Of a stretch of 64,000 nt of DNA, positions 1 through 9,900 are shown in pieces. Every line of letters begins with the position of its first letter. The stretch's first letter is position 1. Source of the stretch: an uncultured Aminicenantes bacterium (lineage in GTDB: Bacteria > Acidobacteriota > Aminicenantia > UBA2199); the NCBI GenBank assembly GCA_965195285.1, contig CBDAFS010000015.1:74138-138137 (forward strand). Reading direction: 5' to 3'. The notes beneath the pieces were generated by a model. That model saw only the letters and a program-made list of their open reading frames with translations. It was not told where the DNA came from and ran no database searches. A program made the position numbers and the translations under genes.

Positions 1-180
1 GCCATTGGATTCTTTTTCCCGGTGGTGCCCAGAGGTCAGGCCAGAATCCGAACCCAATTGTCAGCATCCCACCAGATGACCGATCTGGAAAAAGCACTGG
101 ATGCCTTTGTCAAAATCGGTAAAAAGTTTGATATTTTATTTAAATCCAAACAGGAAGTTATTGAGATGTACGGAAACTGA
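1..180 (+). CDS. 3' end of a glycine C-acetyltransferase/AONS-family PLP enzyme (kbl paralogue), partial at the window edge
   Basis: Frame 1 reads AIGFFFPVVPRGQARIRTQLSASH...DAFVKIGKK...YGN*, closely matching the C-terminus of the downstream Kbl (IGFFYPVVPRGQARIRVQVSAAH). Confidence 0.8.
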   Translation, partial: AIGFFFPVVPRGQARIRTQLSASHQMTDLEKALDAFVKIGKKFDILFKSKQEVIEMYGN

Positions 181-197
181 TCAATCATGGAGGCGTC

Positions 198-1442
198 ATG
201 TATGAAAAAATCGGGAAAGAATTAAGTGAAGAACTCAAGCAAATAAAGCAGGCCGGGCTCTTCAAAGAGGAGCGAATTATACTGACCGACCAGAAAGCCA
301 ATATTCAGGTATCCTACCCGGCCGGTTCCGAGGCTAAATCGGTGCTCAATTTTTGTGCCAACAATTATCTGGGGCTTGCCAATCACCCGGAACTGGTTCA
401 GGCAGCCAGGCAGGCCCTGGATAAATATGGCCTGGGTTTGGCTTCGGTTCGTTTTATCTGCGGTACCCAGAATATTCACACCCAGCTGGAAAAGATCATT
501 TCCGATTTCTATCAGACCGATAACACCATTCTATATACTTCCTGTTATGATGCCAATGGCGGTCTTTTTGAAGGGATTTTAAGACCGGAAGATGCCATCG
601 TGACCGATGAGTTAAACCATGCCAGTATTATTGATGGCATACGTTTGTGTAAAGCCAAAAGGTTTATTTTCAAACATGGAGATATGAATTCTCTGGAGGA
701 AAGTTTACAGAATGCCCGTGAAGGCGAAAGGGATGAAAGTGTTTCTGTTTCCAGAAGAATTCTGGTTGCTACTGACGGTGTATTTTCCATGGATGGAAAC
801 ATTGCCAATTTGAGAGGTATTGTGGACCTGGCTAAAAAATATCAGGCCCTGGTGATGGTAGATGATTCTCATGCCACCGGTTTTCTGGGTAAAACCGGCC
901 GCGGATCTCTTGAGTACTGCAATGTACTGGGAGAAATTGATATTGTTACTTCCACACTGGGAAAGGCAATGGGCGGGGCTTCCGGTGGCTTCACCACCGG
1001 CAGACAGGAAATTGTCGATATGTTGCGACAGCGCTCCAGGCCCTATTTATTTTCCAACACCCTGGCACCGGCTCTGGTGTCGGCAGCGATCCGGGCATTT
1101 CAACTACTGGATAAAAGCGATGATCTCAGGCAAAAGCTGATGGAGAATACCCGATTCTTCCGGCAGAAAATGATTGACCTGGGTTTTGACATTATCCAGG
1201 GGAGTCACCCGATTGTCCCGGTCATGTTCAGGAAATTTGATGATGATGCCTTGCTGGCCCAACAGGTTTCTAAAGATCTTTATGAAATGGGAATCTATGT
1301 GATCGGCTTTTTCTATCCCGTGGTACCCAGAGGTCAGGCCAGGATACGGGTACAGGTATCAGCCGCCCATACCCGGGAACAACTCCAAAAGGCGATAGAT
1401 GCCTTCAAAACGGTTGGTAAAAAACATGGGGTTATCCAGTAA
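198..1442 (+). CDS. kbl: Glycine C-acetyltransferase (2-amino-3-ketobutyrate CoA ligase)
   Basis: NFCANNYLGL, SVRFICGTQ, DDSHATG, STLGKAMGG (PLP lysine) and RQRSRPYLFS motifs; GGAGG RBS. Confidence 0.92.
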   Translation: MYEKIGKELSEELKQIKQAGLFKEERIILTDQKANIQVSYPAGSEAKSVLNFCANNYLGLANHPELVQAARQALDKYGLGLASVRFICGTQNIHTQLEKIISDFYQTDNTILYTSCYDANGGLFEGILRPEDAIVTDELNHASIIDGIRLCKAKRFIFKHGDMNSLEESLQNAREGERDESVSVSRRILVATDGVFSMDGNIANLRGIVDLAKKYQALVMVDDSHATGFLGKTGRGSLEYCNVLGEIDIVTSTLGKAMGGASGGFTTGRQEIVDMLRQRSRPYLFSNTLAPALVSAAIRAFQLLDKSDDLRQKLMENTRFFRQKMIDLGFDIIQGSHPIVPVMFRKFDDDALLAQQVSKDLYEMGIYVIGFFYPVVPRGQARIRVQVSAAHTREQLQKAIDAFKTVGKKHGVIQ

Positions 1443-1471
1443 TCCGCCTGTTCAACGGTTTTGGCAAGGGG

Positions 1472-2932
1472 TTAGAGTCGACATGTCGGTTTTGATTTGA
1501 AAATAGCCTGATATTGTTTTTCAAAATCACTCTTTCCACACAATAAAAGACTGGCAAGCGGCATAATATTTTTAACCTGATCCAACAATGTATGGGCCAG
1601 TGATTTAATATCCCATTGGGCGTGTTGGTCATCTCTCAAGCGAATAAAATGATACAATTCCCGAAGGTTCATTTTCATGATTACCATCCGCCGGTGGGAG
1701 TTGGTCAGGATATAATCAGCGGCTTCTCCATAGCGTTCCCTCAACCTCTTGTAAACGAAGTTGGTAGTCTCTATGATATGCATAAATTCTTTTTCAAGGT
1801 GATTCAGGCAGATACTTTCCGGAACGGTATTTCCGAGTTGGATGTCATAATCCCCGCTTATTAAGGTAGCCATTCGGTGTCTTTTAAGCTGGGCAAAGTT
1901 GGATGCACTGATAAAGGCCTGGAAGGTTATTGAAGGGAGTTCGAATTCCCGGGGAGGGGTATCAAAGAATTCCATTTTTTTGAAAAGGTTTTTGAAAATA
2001 TCCTTTTTTTGATCCGATGATAATTTTTTTATCGTCTCAAGGGTTTTCGGGTAATCAGTTGAATGGTGCAGACTTAAAAAGGCAGCCAGAATTATATCAT
2101 CGCCTCGGGGTGTGAATTGGATGATTTTGGGCTCTGAAAAAGCTGACGAAGGTGTGGAGAGTGTTTTCCACTGATTTTTCAAGGTCTGCTTCAAGGCACA
2201 ATCATAATCCGATGGTTCCGGGAAGAGAATAATCGAAGGGGCGACATTTTTTATCAGATTAAAGATTTTTTCTCCCATATTCCTGACTTCCTGACTCAGG
2301 CTCAAAGAAAATCTTCTCAGCAGATGTTCAATATTCCGGGCGTTAATGGTCATTCCCATCTGTCCCTGAGTGGCCAGGGAAAGGATATATCTGGCATCCT
2401 CTTTGGCCCAGTTTTCCAGAAGGCGTTTTTTGCCCTTCTTTTCGATCAGTCGGGGGTATTTTGAAACAAGATATTTCTTTAAAACCAGATATGCTTTTTG
2501 GTAAAATTGGTTCTGAACATTGATGGTATCTTTAAATTGAGATATCGATTCCCTATCCTTGATTTCCGATGGAAGGACATAATCTCCCTTGAGGGTGACA
2601 TAACGCTGAGATTTTTCGGTATAAGATGCCAGACGGAATTTTTCGATTTCCTCCAGTGCAAGTCGTGATATTCCGATAACATCGAAATTAAATACGGCAT
2701 GTTCAGCCACTGAATGATGTCCCATTTCAAAAATGATGATTCGATTGGATTTTCGGGCTTTTTCCACATCTTCCCGTGCTTTTTTGCGCAGGGTGGTGAT
2801 ATCATCTGAACTGCGACTGATACGGGCATAGGCAGCGCTGAAGGTTTCAGGAGTTAAAATTTCATTTTTGCCTGTTTTCAAATGTTCCAGGATCTCTGTA
2901 TCCACATTGTAACCGGCTAATTCAATTTTCAA
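1472..2932 (-). CDS. thyX: FAD-dependent thymidylate synthase, tandem two-domain form
   Basis: GHHSVAEH, SYTEKSQRYV and EDARYIL in the N-half; QLKRHR, NLRELYHFIRLR and HAQWDI in the C-half; 486 aa is about twice a single ThyX domain. Confidence 0.85.
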   Translation of the reverse strand: MKIELAGYNVDTEILEHLKTGKNEILTPETFSAAYARISRSSDDITTLRKKAREDVEKARKSNRIIIFEMGHHSVAEHAVFNFDVIGISRLALEEIEKFRLASYTEKSQRYVTLKGDYVLPSEIKDRESISQFKDTINVQNQFYQKAYLVLKKYLVSKYPRLIEKKGKKRLLENWAKEDARYILSLATQGQMGMTINARNIEHLLRRFSLSLSQEVRNMGEKIFNLIKNVAPSIILFPEPSDYDCALKQTLKNQWKTLSTPSSAFSEPKIIQFTPRGDDIILAAFLSLHHSTDYPKTLETIKKLSSDQKKDIFKNLFKKMEFFDTPPREFELPSITFQAFISASNFAQLKRHRMATLISGDYDIQLGNTVPESICLNHLEKEFMHIIETTNFVYKRLRERYGEAADYILTNSHRRMVIMKMNLRELYHFIRLRDDQHAQWDIKSLAHTLLDQVKNIMPLASLLLCGKSDFEKQYQAIFKSKPTCRL

Positions 2933-2997
2933 TATTCCTCCATCTTGTCAATACTTTATTCAAATCCCAGGGGAATTTCTTTTGAAGGCCCGGTTAT

Positions 2998-3582
2998 TCA
3001 AGATTGTTGAAATTCAGAGATATGTTTGATAATATCGTGGGCACTTTCGTCCACAGAATTATTATTCCAGATTTCGATCACCTTCAGGTTGTCATCCTTT
3101 ATGGTCTGCAGGTAAAAAGATTCCGTTTCCTTGAAATAGTCCAGACTGGGTAGTTCTAATTTTTTGGTATCTTTCCTGTTTTCCAGAATTTTGGGGTCTA
3201 CCCTGATAAAAAAAATAATGTCGTAGGTCCTGATCCAGAAATGATAAAGGTTTTTCAGCAGGTTGTTTTTTTCCTCGGAATGGTTATTGGTCTCAACATC
3301 GGAAATGTATTTTTTATAGCGAATCCATTGATCCAGTATAGAAGTGTCACATAATAACAAATCCGGTGATGTCAATGCCTTCAGGTTCTCTTCATTTATC
3401 TGGTTTGTCAATGAATAAAACTGGCCGACAAAGTTCAATTTATTGTCGGTATCAAAGGGGTTTTTCTGGGATAGGTATTCAATGGATTCCACTTCCTCCT
3501 TCAATGAAAGAATTTTTTTGCCTTCATTCAGAATGGAAGTTTTGCCAGTACCCGTACAACCTGAAAATGAAATTTTTATCAT
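2998..3582 (-). CDS. P-loop NTPase, nucleoside/nucleotide kinase-like (AAA_28/dNK-like)
   Basis: N-terminal SGCTGTGKTS Walker A; LLLCDTSILD and YDIIFFIRVD resemble the dNK/NadR fold. Confidence 0.6.
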   Translation of the reverse strand: MIKISFSGCTGTGKTSILNEGKKILSLKEEVESIEYLSQKNPFDTDNKLNFVGQFYSLTNQINEENLKALTSPDLLLCDTSILDQWIRYKKYISDVETNNHSEEKNNLLKNLYHFWIRTYDIIFFIRVDPKILENRKDTKKLELPSLDYFKETESFYLQTIKDDNLKVIEIWNNNSVDESAHDIIKHISEFQQS

Positions 3583-3588
3583 AGGGCA

Positions 3589-3617
3589 ATTTTAATCTGA
3601 AAAAGAATAAAAGTCAA
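3589..3617 (-). promoter_or_regulatory. Sigma70-type promoter giving a probable leaderless transcript
   Basis: Minus strand TTGACT-N17-TAAAAT, then 6 nt before the ATG at 3582. Confidence 0.55.
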
Positions 3618-3667
3618 ATTCCAACATTGATTAAATATACCAATTTATGATACATTCTTACCTTGTG

Positions 3668-5848
3668 ATGAAAGTAAAAGCCAGAGTGATGATTGTTGTT
3701 TTTCTACTCAGTATCTCTTTCTACTGTTTTGGAGAAAAAATTGTTATCCAGGCTCAAAAAAAAGAATTTATTGATGATATATTCAAGGCTGAGGGTGATG
3801 TTGAGGTGATCTGGGGAGATTATCACATTTTTGCCCAGTATGTGGAGTATAATAAAAAAACCGGTATTGTGATAGCCCGGGGACGCGTGACCATGTCCTC
3901 CAAAGACAGTATTATAAGCGGGGAGGAAATGACCTTTAATACCAAAGATAAAACCGGAGAGATCATTGATGCTTACGGAATGATGAAGCCCACCATCCGT
4001 TATGAAACCGATCATTTAAAACAAATTGATGATGATACCCTGACCTTTGATAAAATGGACTTCACCTCCTGTTCCCAGTTAAAACCCAGATGGAAGATTA
4101 CCTGTAAAGAGGGAAAAATAAAAAAGGAAAAATATGTGGAGATGAAGCATGCGGTTTTCTGGATTAAAAAGATTCCTTTTTTTTATATTCCATATATCAA
4201 ATATCCGGTGGATAAAGACGGCCGGGCTACCGGTTTCTTATTTCCAAACTTCGGTTATTCAGATCTCAGGGGGTATTATATTTTGAATGCTTTTTTCTGG
4301 GAACTTAATTCCAATTTGGATTTGACCATCGGTCTGGATTATTATTCACAGGTTGGCTTGGGTAGCCATGAAGAACTGCGTTATCTTTATCGGAATATGA
4401 GTGGTTTTGTCAAGTTTTACTATTTCAATTATTCGGAAGACAGTGTGTTTCAAACCGACTCCGAATACGATTACTATATAAAGGCGGAACATTTACAGAA
4501 TATTAATTTTTTAAATACCAAAGTTATTTTCAAGGTCAATTACCCTAGCGACCCCAATTTTCTAAGGCAATTTAACAATAACTTTGACACGATTCTCAGT
4601 ACCAATTTCAATTCGTCATTTGCCCTGACATCATCTTTTTCGATTTTTAATTTTTCAATTTCCGCCTCTCGGTATGAAACATATATTCTTCAGGAGGAGG
4701 TCAATGATTTGGGCGAGGTGGAGCTGGTGGGTTCTTCCAAGTATAACTTAACGCTTCCATCCATTTCCCTGAATGTCAAGCAAAAGAAAATCGGAAAGCT
4801 TCCCGGTTATTTTTCTCTGAACTCAACCTATGAAAGTACAGAAAGAGGCGGTCTGGTACTGGAAGGAGAGCCGGAATTTGATTCTGATGAACGTTCGAAC
4901 CGGTTCATTGTTATTCCTCAATACACCTTGAGTTTGGTTAAACTTCCCTGGTTAAACGCAAGTGTAACACTGGATTCCCACAACAGTTTTTACGGAAGGA
5001 GTAAAGATCCTGAAACCGAGGAAGTGGTTGATGTGCCCTTGCGTATCAGTTATCAGGAAGCCAAATTTGTGCTGAAGGGTCCCATTTTTTATAAAATTTT
5101 CGATTCAAAAAAGAAGAAAACCAAGCATCTGATTGAACCCCAGGTGACCTTTCGTTATGCTACTTCTATTCCTGAGGAAGACCGGGAAAGAATGTTGATG
5201 GTTGATCTCAAGGACTACCCATCTTACTCTTATGTTGGGTTCAGTTTGACCAGCCGGTTGATTACCAAAGACAGAGCCGGGAATGAATCTCCTAGAGAAA
5301 TTTTGAGCTTTAGTCTGAGCCAGGAATATTATCTGGACCCGGAAGAAGCCAACCATAACAAGACGATCAACGATACCTATCCGGAATTTTCCGATTTGAG
5401 GGCAAGCTTGAGGTTCAAACCCTTTAAGAATTTCTCTCTGAATGTCAACGTGTCTTATAATTATTTTATCGAAGATTTTACCAGGATCAATGCCAAAATC
5501 GCTTATGATAATGAGAATAGTGTGGTCAACGGATATTTTTCTTATTCCAAGACCCGAAATGCCTATACAGCTGCTGATTATTTTTTCAACCGAGAGATCA
5601 TTCGCGCCCTTGTTAATTTGAATTTAAAGGGGTTTCCCTTGAAGCTTTCATCGGATATCAACTATGATATCACGGAAAAGGAATTCCGTTCAGCCTCAAT
5701 CAAGGCAATTCTGGATTATCAGTGTGTGATCATCAATGCAGAATTCAAGATTTTTTCATATTGGGGTCGGGAAGAGACTCAGTTTAATATCGGGGTGAGT
5801 TTCGGAAACCTGGGAATGGTATCCAATTTTTTTGGTGAGGGTGAGTAA
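3668..5848 (+). CDS. lptD: LPS-assembly outer-membrane protein LptD
   Basis: Signal peptide, OstA-like N-terminus (AEGDVEV, ARGRV), FTSC..PRW and GFLFP motifs, Tyr/Phe-rich barrel; start could be 3647. Confidence 0.8.
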   Translation: MKVKARVMIVVFLLSISFYCFGEKIVIQAQKKEFIDDIFKAEGDVEVIWGDYHIFAQYVEYNKKTGIVIARGRVTMSSKDSIISGEEMTFNTKDKTGEIIDAYGMMKPTIRYETDHLKQIDDDTLTFDKMDFTSCSQLKPRWKITCKEGKIKKEKYVEMKHAVFWIKKIPFFYIPYIKYPVDKDGRATGFLFPNFGYSDLRGYYILNAFFWELNSNLDLTIGLDYYSQVGLGSHEELRYLYRNMSGFVKFYYFNYSEDSVFQTDSEYDYYIKAEHLQNINFLNTKVIFKVNYPSDPNFLRQFNNNFDTILSTNFNSSFALTSSFSIFNFSISASRYETYILQEEVNDLGEVELVGSSKYNLTLPSISLNVKQKKIGKLPGYFSLNSTYESTERGGLVLEGEPEFDSDERSNRFIVIPQYTLSLVKLPWLNASVTLDSHNSFYGRSKDPETEEVVDVPLRISYQEAKFVLKGPIFYKIFDSKKKKTKHLIEPQVTFRYATSIPEEDRERMLMVDLKDYPSYSYVGFSLTSRLITKDRAGNESPREILSFSLSQEYYLDPEEANHNKTINDTYPEFSDLRASLRFKPFKNFSLNVNVSYNYFIEDFTRINAKIAYDNENSVVNGYFSYSKTRNAYTAADYFFNREIIRALVNLNLKGFPLKLSSDINYDITEKEFRSASIKAILDYQCVIINAEFKIFSYWGREETQFNIGVSFGNLGMVSNFFGEGE

Positions 5849-5850
5849 CC

Positions 5851-6786
5851 ATGCACCGCATTCTGGTTACTGGCTGTTCCGGATTCTTGTCCCGTTATTT
5901 AATCGATCTGCTGAAAGACAAAAAAGGATATGAGATCCATGGCCTCACTGAGGTAGAAGATTTCAAATCAAGTCAGTGCCGGGTATATCATTTAGACTTA
6001 AGGGACCCGGATAAAATGAGCCGGGTCATTAAGTCGGTCAAGCCAGAAATTGTCTATCATCTGGCAGCGGTTTCCAATGTAGGATACAGCTGGAAAAACC
6101 AGCGATTGACCTATGAAGTAAATTTTATCGGCAGTTCGAATATGCTTGAGAATCTGTGGCAGCATTGTCCTGAATCCAGGATTATTCTCATGAGTTCAGC
6201 GGAACTCTACGGTGGAGGCGGTAAAAAGCCGATAAAAGAAAACCTGCCAACTGATATTCGGAACCCCTATGCGCTTTCCAAGCTGGCCATGGAAATGGTC
6301 GGAGATATGTATTTCAACTCATTGGGTATGGATATCATCAAGGTGAGATCCTTTAATTTTACCGGTCCCGGTCAGGACAAAAATTTTGTCTGTTCTGATT
6401 TTGCCTGTCAAATTGCGGAAATTGAAAGAAGCAGAAGAGATCCGGTTATCCGAGTGGGTAATCTGGCTGCAGTGAGAGATTTTTCGGATGTGAGGGATAT
6501 TGCCGGTTATCTCATTGCTATTGGGGAACAGGGCGAGAGGGGGAGTTTATATCATGTTTGCTCGGGGACCGGTTATTCCATAGACTCAATGCTGGAAACT
6601 TTGCTCTCATTTTCAAAGATAAAAATTGAGGTAGAGGTTGACCGGTCAAAGTTCAGGCCGGTCGATATTCCGTTTCTGGTCGGAGATTGTAGTTTGATCA
6701 GAAAAAAGTTTAATTGTAATCCCCGATTTGATTTACGTCAGACCCTGCTGGATGTTTTAAATTACTGGAGAAACCGAATCAGATGA
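5851..6786 (+). CDS. NAD-dependent epimerase/dehydratase, GDP-mannose 4,6-dehydratase / Rmd-like
   Basis: GCSGFLS Rossmann motif, HLAAVS, YALSK, FNFTGPGQ and GNLAAVRDFSDVRD. Confidence 0.8.
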   Translation: MHRILVTGCSGFLSRYLIDLLKDKKGYEIHGLTEVEDFKSSQCRVYHLDLRDPDKMSRVIKSVKPEIVYHLAAVSNVGYSWKNQRLTYEVNFIGSSNMLENLWQHCPESRIILMSSAELYGGGGKKPIKENLPTDIRNPYALSKLAMEMVGDMYFNSLGMDIIKVRSFNFTGPGQDKNFVCSDFACQIAEIERSRRDPVIRVGNLAAVRDFSDVRDIAGYLIAIGEQGERGSLYHVCSGTGYSIDSMLETLLSFSKIKIEVEVDRSKFRPVDIPFLVGDCSLIRKKFNCNPRFDLRQTLLDVLNYWRNRIR

Positions 6787-7916
6787 ACGTTCATATGATA
6801 ACCGACAGATTTTCGATGGGCGGCGGTGCGGAGCATATATTTCAGGTGGTGAAGGGCATCAGAGAGATTGATTTCAGGATCTTCGCATATCCGGCCAGCT
6901 CCGGCCATCCGGCGGAATCCGAACGGGTAATGTCCAAGTTCAAGGCATTGAATAATGTGCTATTGGATGATGAGGGGTATGTACCGGGATCTGTTTTACA
7001 AAACAAGCCGGACATCATTCATTTTCATCACCTGCTTCCACTGTTTCATTTTTATAAAAATCCGTTCAGGCAACATAAAGTACCGGTAATATTTACTGCC
7101 CATGGTTTGCATATTCACAAGTATGAATTCTCCAACCAACAGTGGCTCCAAAAAGCATCCAGCCGGATAAAATATATTTTGCGTTTCATACTGGAAAAAT
7201 ATTTACTCAAACAGGTTGACCGGATCATAGCGGTTTCAAGAGAGGATGAGCTATTTATACAATCGGAATACCAACTGAATAATGTGACTTATCTCACCAA
7301 TGGGATCGCCATTGATTGCCTGGGTATATCTGATAGTGTTTCCAGAACTGAGTTGAGAAAGTCATTGAATTTACCGGTTGATTGTTTTTTGTTCATGACC
7401 GTGGCCCGGTTCAATTTTCAGAAGGCCTATGATTTTCTGATCAATACGATTGGCCCCATTGGAGGATTTTTAAAGGAAAACAAAGTTCGATTTATTCTGG
7501 TCGGGGGCGGAGCCGAATTCGATCGTATTCAGAAAATGGTGGTTGATCTTGGATTATCTTCATTCGTTTCTTTCCTGGGTGAGAGAACCGATAGTCTTAA
7601 GTTGATCAAAGCCGGAGATATTTTTCTGTTGCCATCACGGTGGGAGGGACTTCCGATTGTGCTTTTGGAGTGCGGATTGTTGCAGGTGCCGGTGATTGCT
7701 TCCGATACTTATGGTAACCGAGAAATCATCGGGCAGGACAATGGAATTCTATTCAAGAATTTGGATGGTCCGGAATTGATTAAGGTGATAAAAAAAGCGG
7801 TAAATAGAGAGTACGACTGGGATCCGCTGATTAAAAACCTGAAACGGGAAGTACAACAGAACTACAGCATTGAAAAAATGCTCGCCGGATTGAGAGCCAT
7901 TTACAATTCTTTCTGA
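6783..7916 (+). CDS. GT4 family glycosyltransferase
   Basis: GGGAE, TAHG, ARFNFQKA and PSRWEGLPIVLLE motifs; ATGA overlap with the upstream gene. Confidence 0.85.
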   Translation: MNVHMITDRFSMGGGAEHIFQVVKGIREIDFRIFAYPASSGHPAESERVMSKFKALNNVLLDDEGYVPGSVLQNKPDIIHFHHLLPLFHFYKNPFRQHKVPVIFTAHGLHIHKYEFSNQQWLQKASSRIKYILRFILEKYLLKQVDRIIAVSREDELFIQSEYQLNNVTYLTNGIAIDCLGISDSVSRTELRKSLNLPVDCFLFMTVARFNFQKAYDFLINTIGPIGGFLKENKVRFILVGGGAEFDRIQKMVVDLGLSSFVSFLGERTDSLKLIKAGDIFLLPSRWEGLPIVLLECGLLQVPVIASDTYGNREIIGQDNGILFKNLDGPELIKVIKKAVNREYDWDPLIKNLKREVQQNYSIEKMLAGLRAIYNSF

Positions 7917-7964
7917 ATAAAATCCATTTCATCTCCTTCTTTTGCCGGATTGACGGTTTTTTCT

Positions 7965-9653
7965 TTAATATAATCCCAGGTTATTCAACTGAATAGTGCC
8001 TTGGGTATCCGGGTAGGCGATGGCATTGTTGATGGAAATGAAAATAGCATAAATTTTGGACATATCCGGTTTGACTACTGGGCCGTGAATCAAATGAAAT
8101 TTATGAAAAGGTATGGAATGGTGGTTCCAGTCCGGTTCAACCAGAAAGGAATGCCTGAACCAGCTTTCTCCCTGCTGGGTTCTGATCCTGAACTCAATCC
8201 AGAGGCGGGATGTGTTTTTTCCCCGACTCTGGAAGGCAAATCCCGAATAGTTACTCAGGTCAAACCGGTTTCTGGCAGTAAGAGCAGCCCAAAAATCTTT
8301 TTGATCGGAGGTTTTTTTCAATTCGTAATCGAAGCGGGTTTGCCAATCCTGTGTAGGCAATTGTCGGGTGGAAACCGATCCACTGGACATGGAATTGGTC
8401 TCAATTGAAAAAAAATCCTCACGATTTACCAACAACTTGCTGATGAGATGTCTCTGGCGGGGCCGATCCGGATACTCCTTGCCGATATAAAAGGGATTGG
8501 TAAGTATCCAGGGGATTTTCCTGAAGCTGTTGTCGCTGACAAAAATCTCTGCCCGGTAAATCCCCGGGCCTGATATTTTATAGGACAGGTTTTTTTTGAG
8601 ATTTCGGGTTGTTTTCTGGAAGAGGGTACCGTCTTTTTTTATGACAATATCGGTTTCAAAGTCAAAAGGCAACCTCAGGTGGATGGTCCCTTCGGTTGTC
8701 CCGGTGGATTCACCCATTTCAAGCATATCTCCTGTTGAATTGGCAAAATAAATTTTAAAACCATTGGCCGGTGCAATGGCTTCCACCACATTGAAAAAAT
8801 GGCCTTGTTTAATGGCCTTAGTGATGATGGAAGCAGATTGGTGGGGATCCTGGCTGAGATTACGATCGATTTTAACATAGGTGTTGAATATTTCAAACAT
8901 GGACTGGTAAGAGGGGAAATGCAATTTGATGTTCCGAGAAATAGGCAGAACTGCATGGGCATCGCAGGCATAAATGGCCAAATATTTTCCACTTTGACTC
9001 AGTGAATCCCAGAAATCAATGTGCCTCTGCGGGTAATACAGGGTTTTTAGCAGGGCATAGCGTTTATTGAATAAATATTGAAGCGGGAATGTTAACAATT
9101 TGAACCATCCCCTCTTCCGGGCAAAACTGTAAGAATTGAATACTTCAATGCCGCTGAACTCATGAATATCCCAATCAGTCCAGGGAATCTTGTCGTCGAA
9201 GGGATGGGATATAAAGCTGACTCCTTGATCCCGGTTGATATCATCAATGGCCTCCTGCGGTTCGGGGGGGAAGTGATAATTGGGGACTTTGAAGCCAAAA
9301 ACCGCCAGATGGCCCGAATTTAACGAGAGTTCTGATCCTCCGATGAGCAACACATCGTTCATCCATGATGTGGATTTCGAACACATTAGGTTGGGTTCGC
9401 CATGGTCGGTTAGAATGATAAAATCCTGTTTCGCTTGTTTGGCAGCCCGGGTTATTTCATCCACTGAACCTTTGCCATCTGAAAAATTGGAATGGACATG
9501 ATAAACACCCTTAACATATCCGGAAGACATGGGAAGGGTATTGATTTCCTGGTGATAAAAAAGTGGAGGTAAAACAATTATTAATAAGAATATAATAACC
9601 AGGTAAAGCCCGTAGCGGAGAAGTTTCTTGCCTTTTTCTTTTGGCTGGTCCAT
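7965..9653 (-). CDS. Membrane-anchored PHP-domain metallohydrolase (CehA/McbA-like) with a C-terminal CBM11/CIA30-like domain
   Basis: HVHSNFSDG, LTDH, SHP, DAH and TNPFY motifs; N-terminal TM helix; C-terminal DLSNYSGFAF...W..HSIPF..F. Confidence 0.7.
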   Translation of the reverse strand: MDQPKEKGKKLLRYGLYLVIIFLLIIVLPPLFYHQEINTLPMSSGYVKGVYHVHSNFSDGKGSVDEITRAAKQAKQDFIILTDHGEPNLMCSKSTSWMNDVLLIGGSELSLNSGHLAVFGFKVPNYHFPPEPQEAIDDINRDQGVSFISHPFDDKIPWTDWDIHEFSGIEVFNSYSFARKRGWFKLLTFPLQYLFNKRYALLKTLYYPQRHIDFWDSLSQSGKYLAIYACDAHAVLPISRNIKLHFPSYQSMFEIFNTYVKIDRNLSQDPHQSASIITKAIKQGHFFNVVEAIAPANGFKIYFANSTGDMLEMGESTGTTEGTIHLRLPFDFETDIVIKKDGTLFQKTTRNLKKNLSYKISGPGIYRAEIFVSDNSFRKIPWILTNPFYIGKEYPDRPRQRHLISKLLVNREDFFSIETNSMSSGSVSTRQLPTQDWQTRFDYELKKTSDQKDFWAALTARNRFDLSNYSGFAFQSRGKNTSRLWIEFRIRTQQGESWFRHSFLVEPDWNHHSIPFHKFHLIHGPVVKPDMSKIYAIFISINNAIAYPDTQGTIQLNNLGLY

Positions 9654-9900
9654 TTTATCAGTTTAAAAAAAAATAAATCGGATAACTTATTATTATATCA
9701 TCAGCCCGAAACAAAGTCAAAATTATGGCGGTCTTTAATTGTAAAATGAACCTGGATACAGGTCCTCGGATCTTGTGGATATGGGACGCTGGAACGGGTA
9801 CCGGCTTGATTTTTTCAGCAAAATAGGATATAAATCTATTTGAAATTATACCGGTTGGGACTATGCGTCATTTCTGAAATTACTACAAAATCAGATCATT

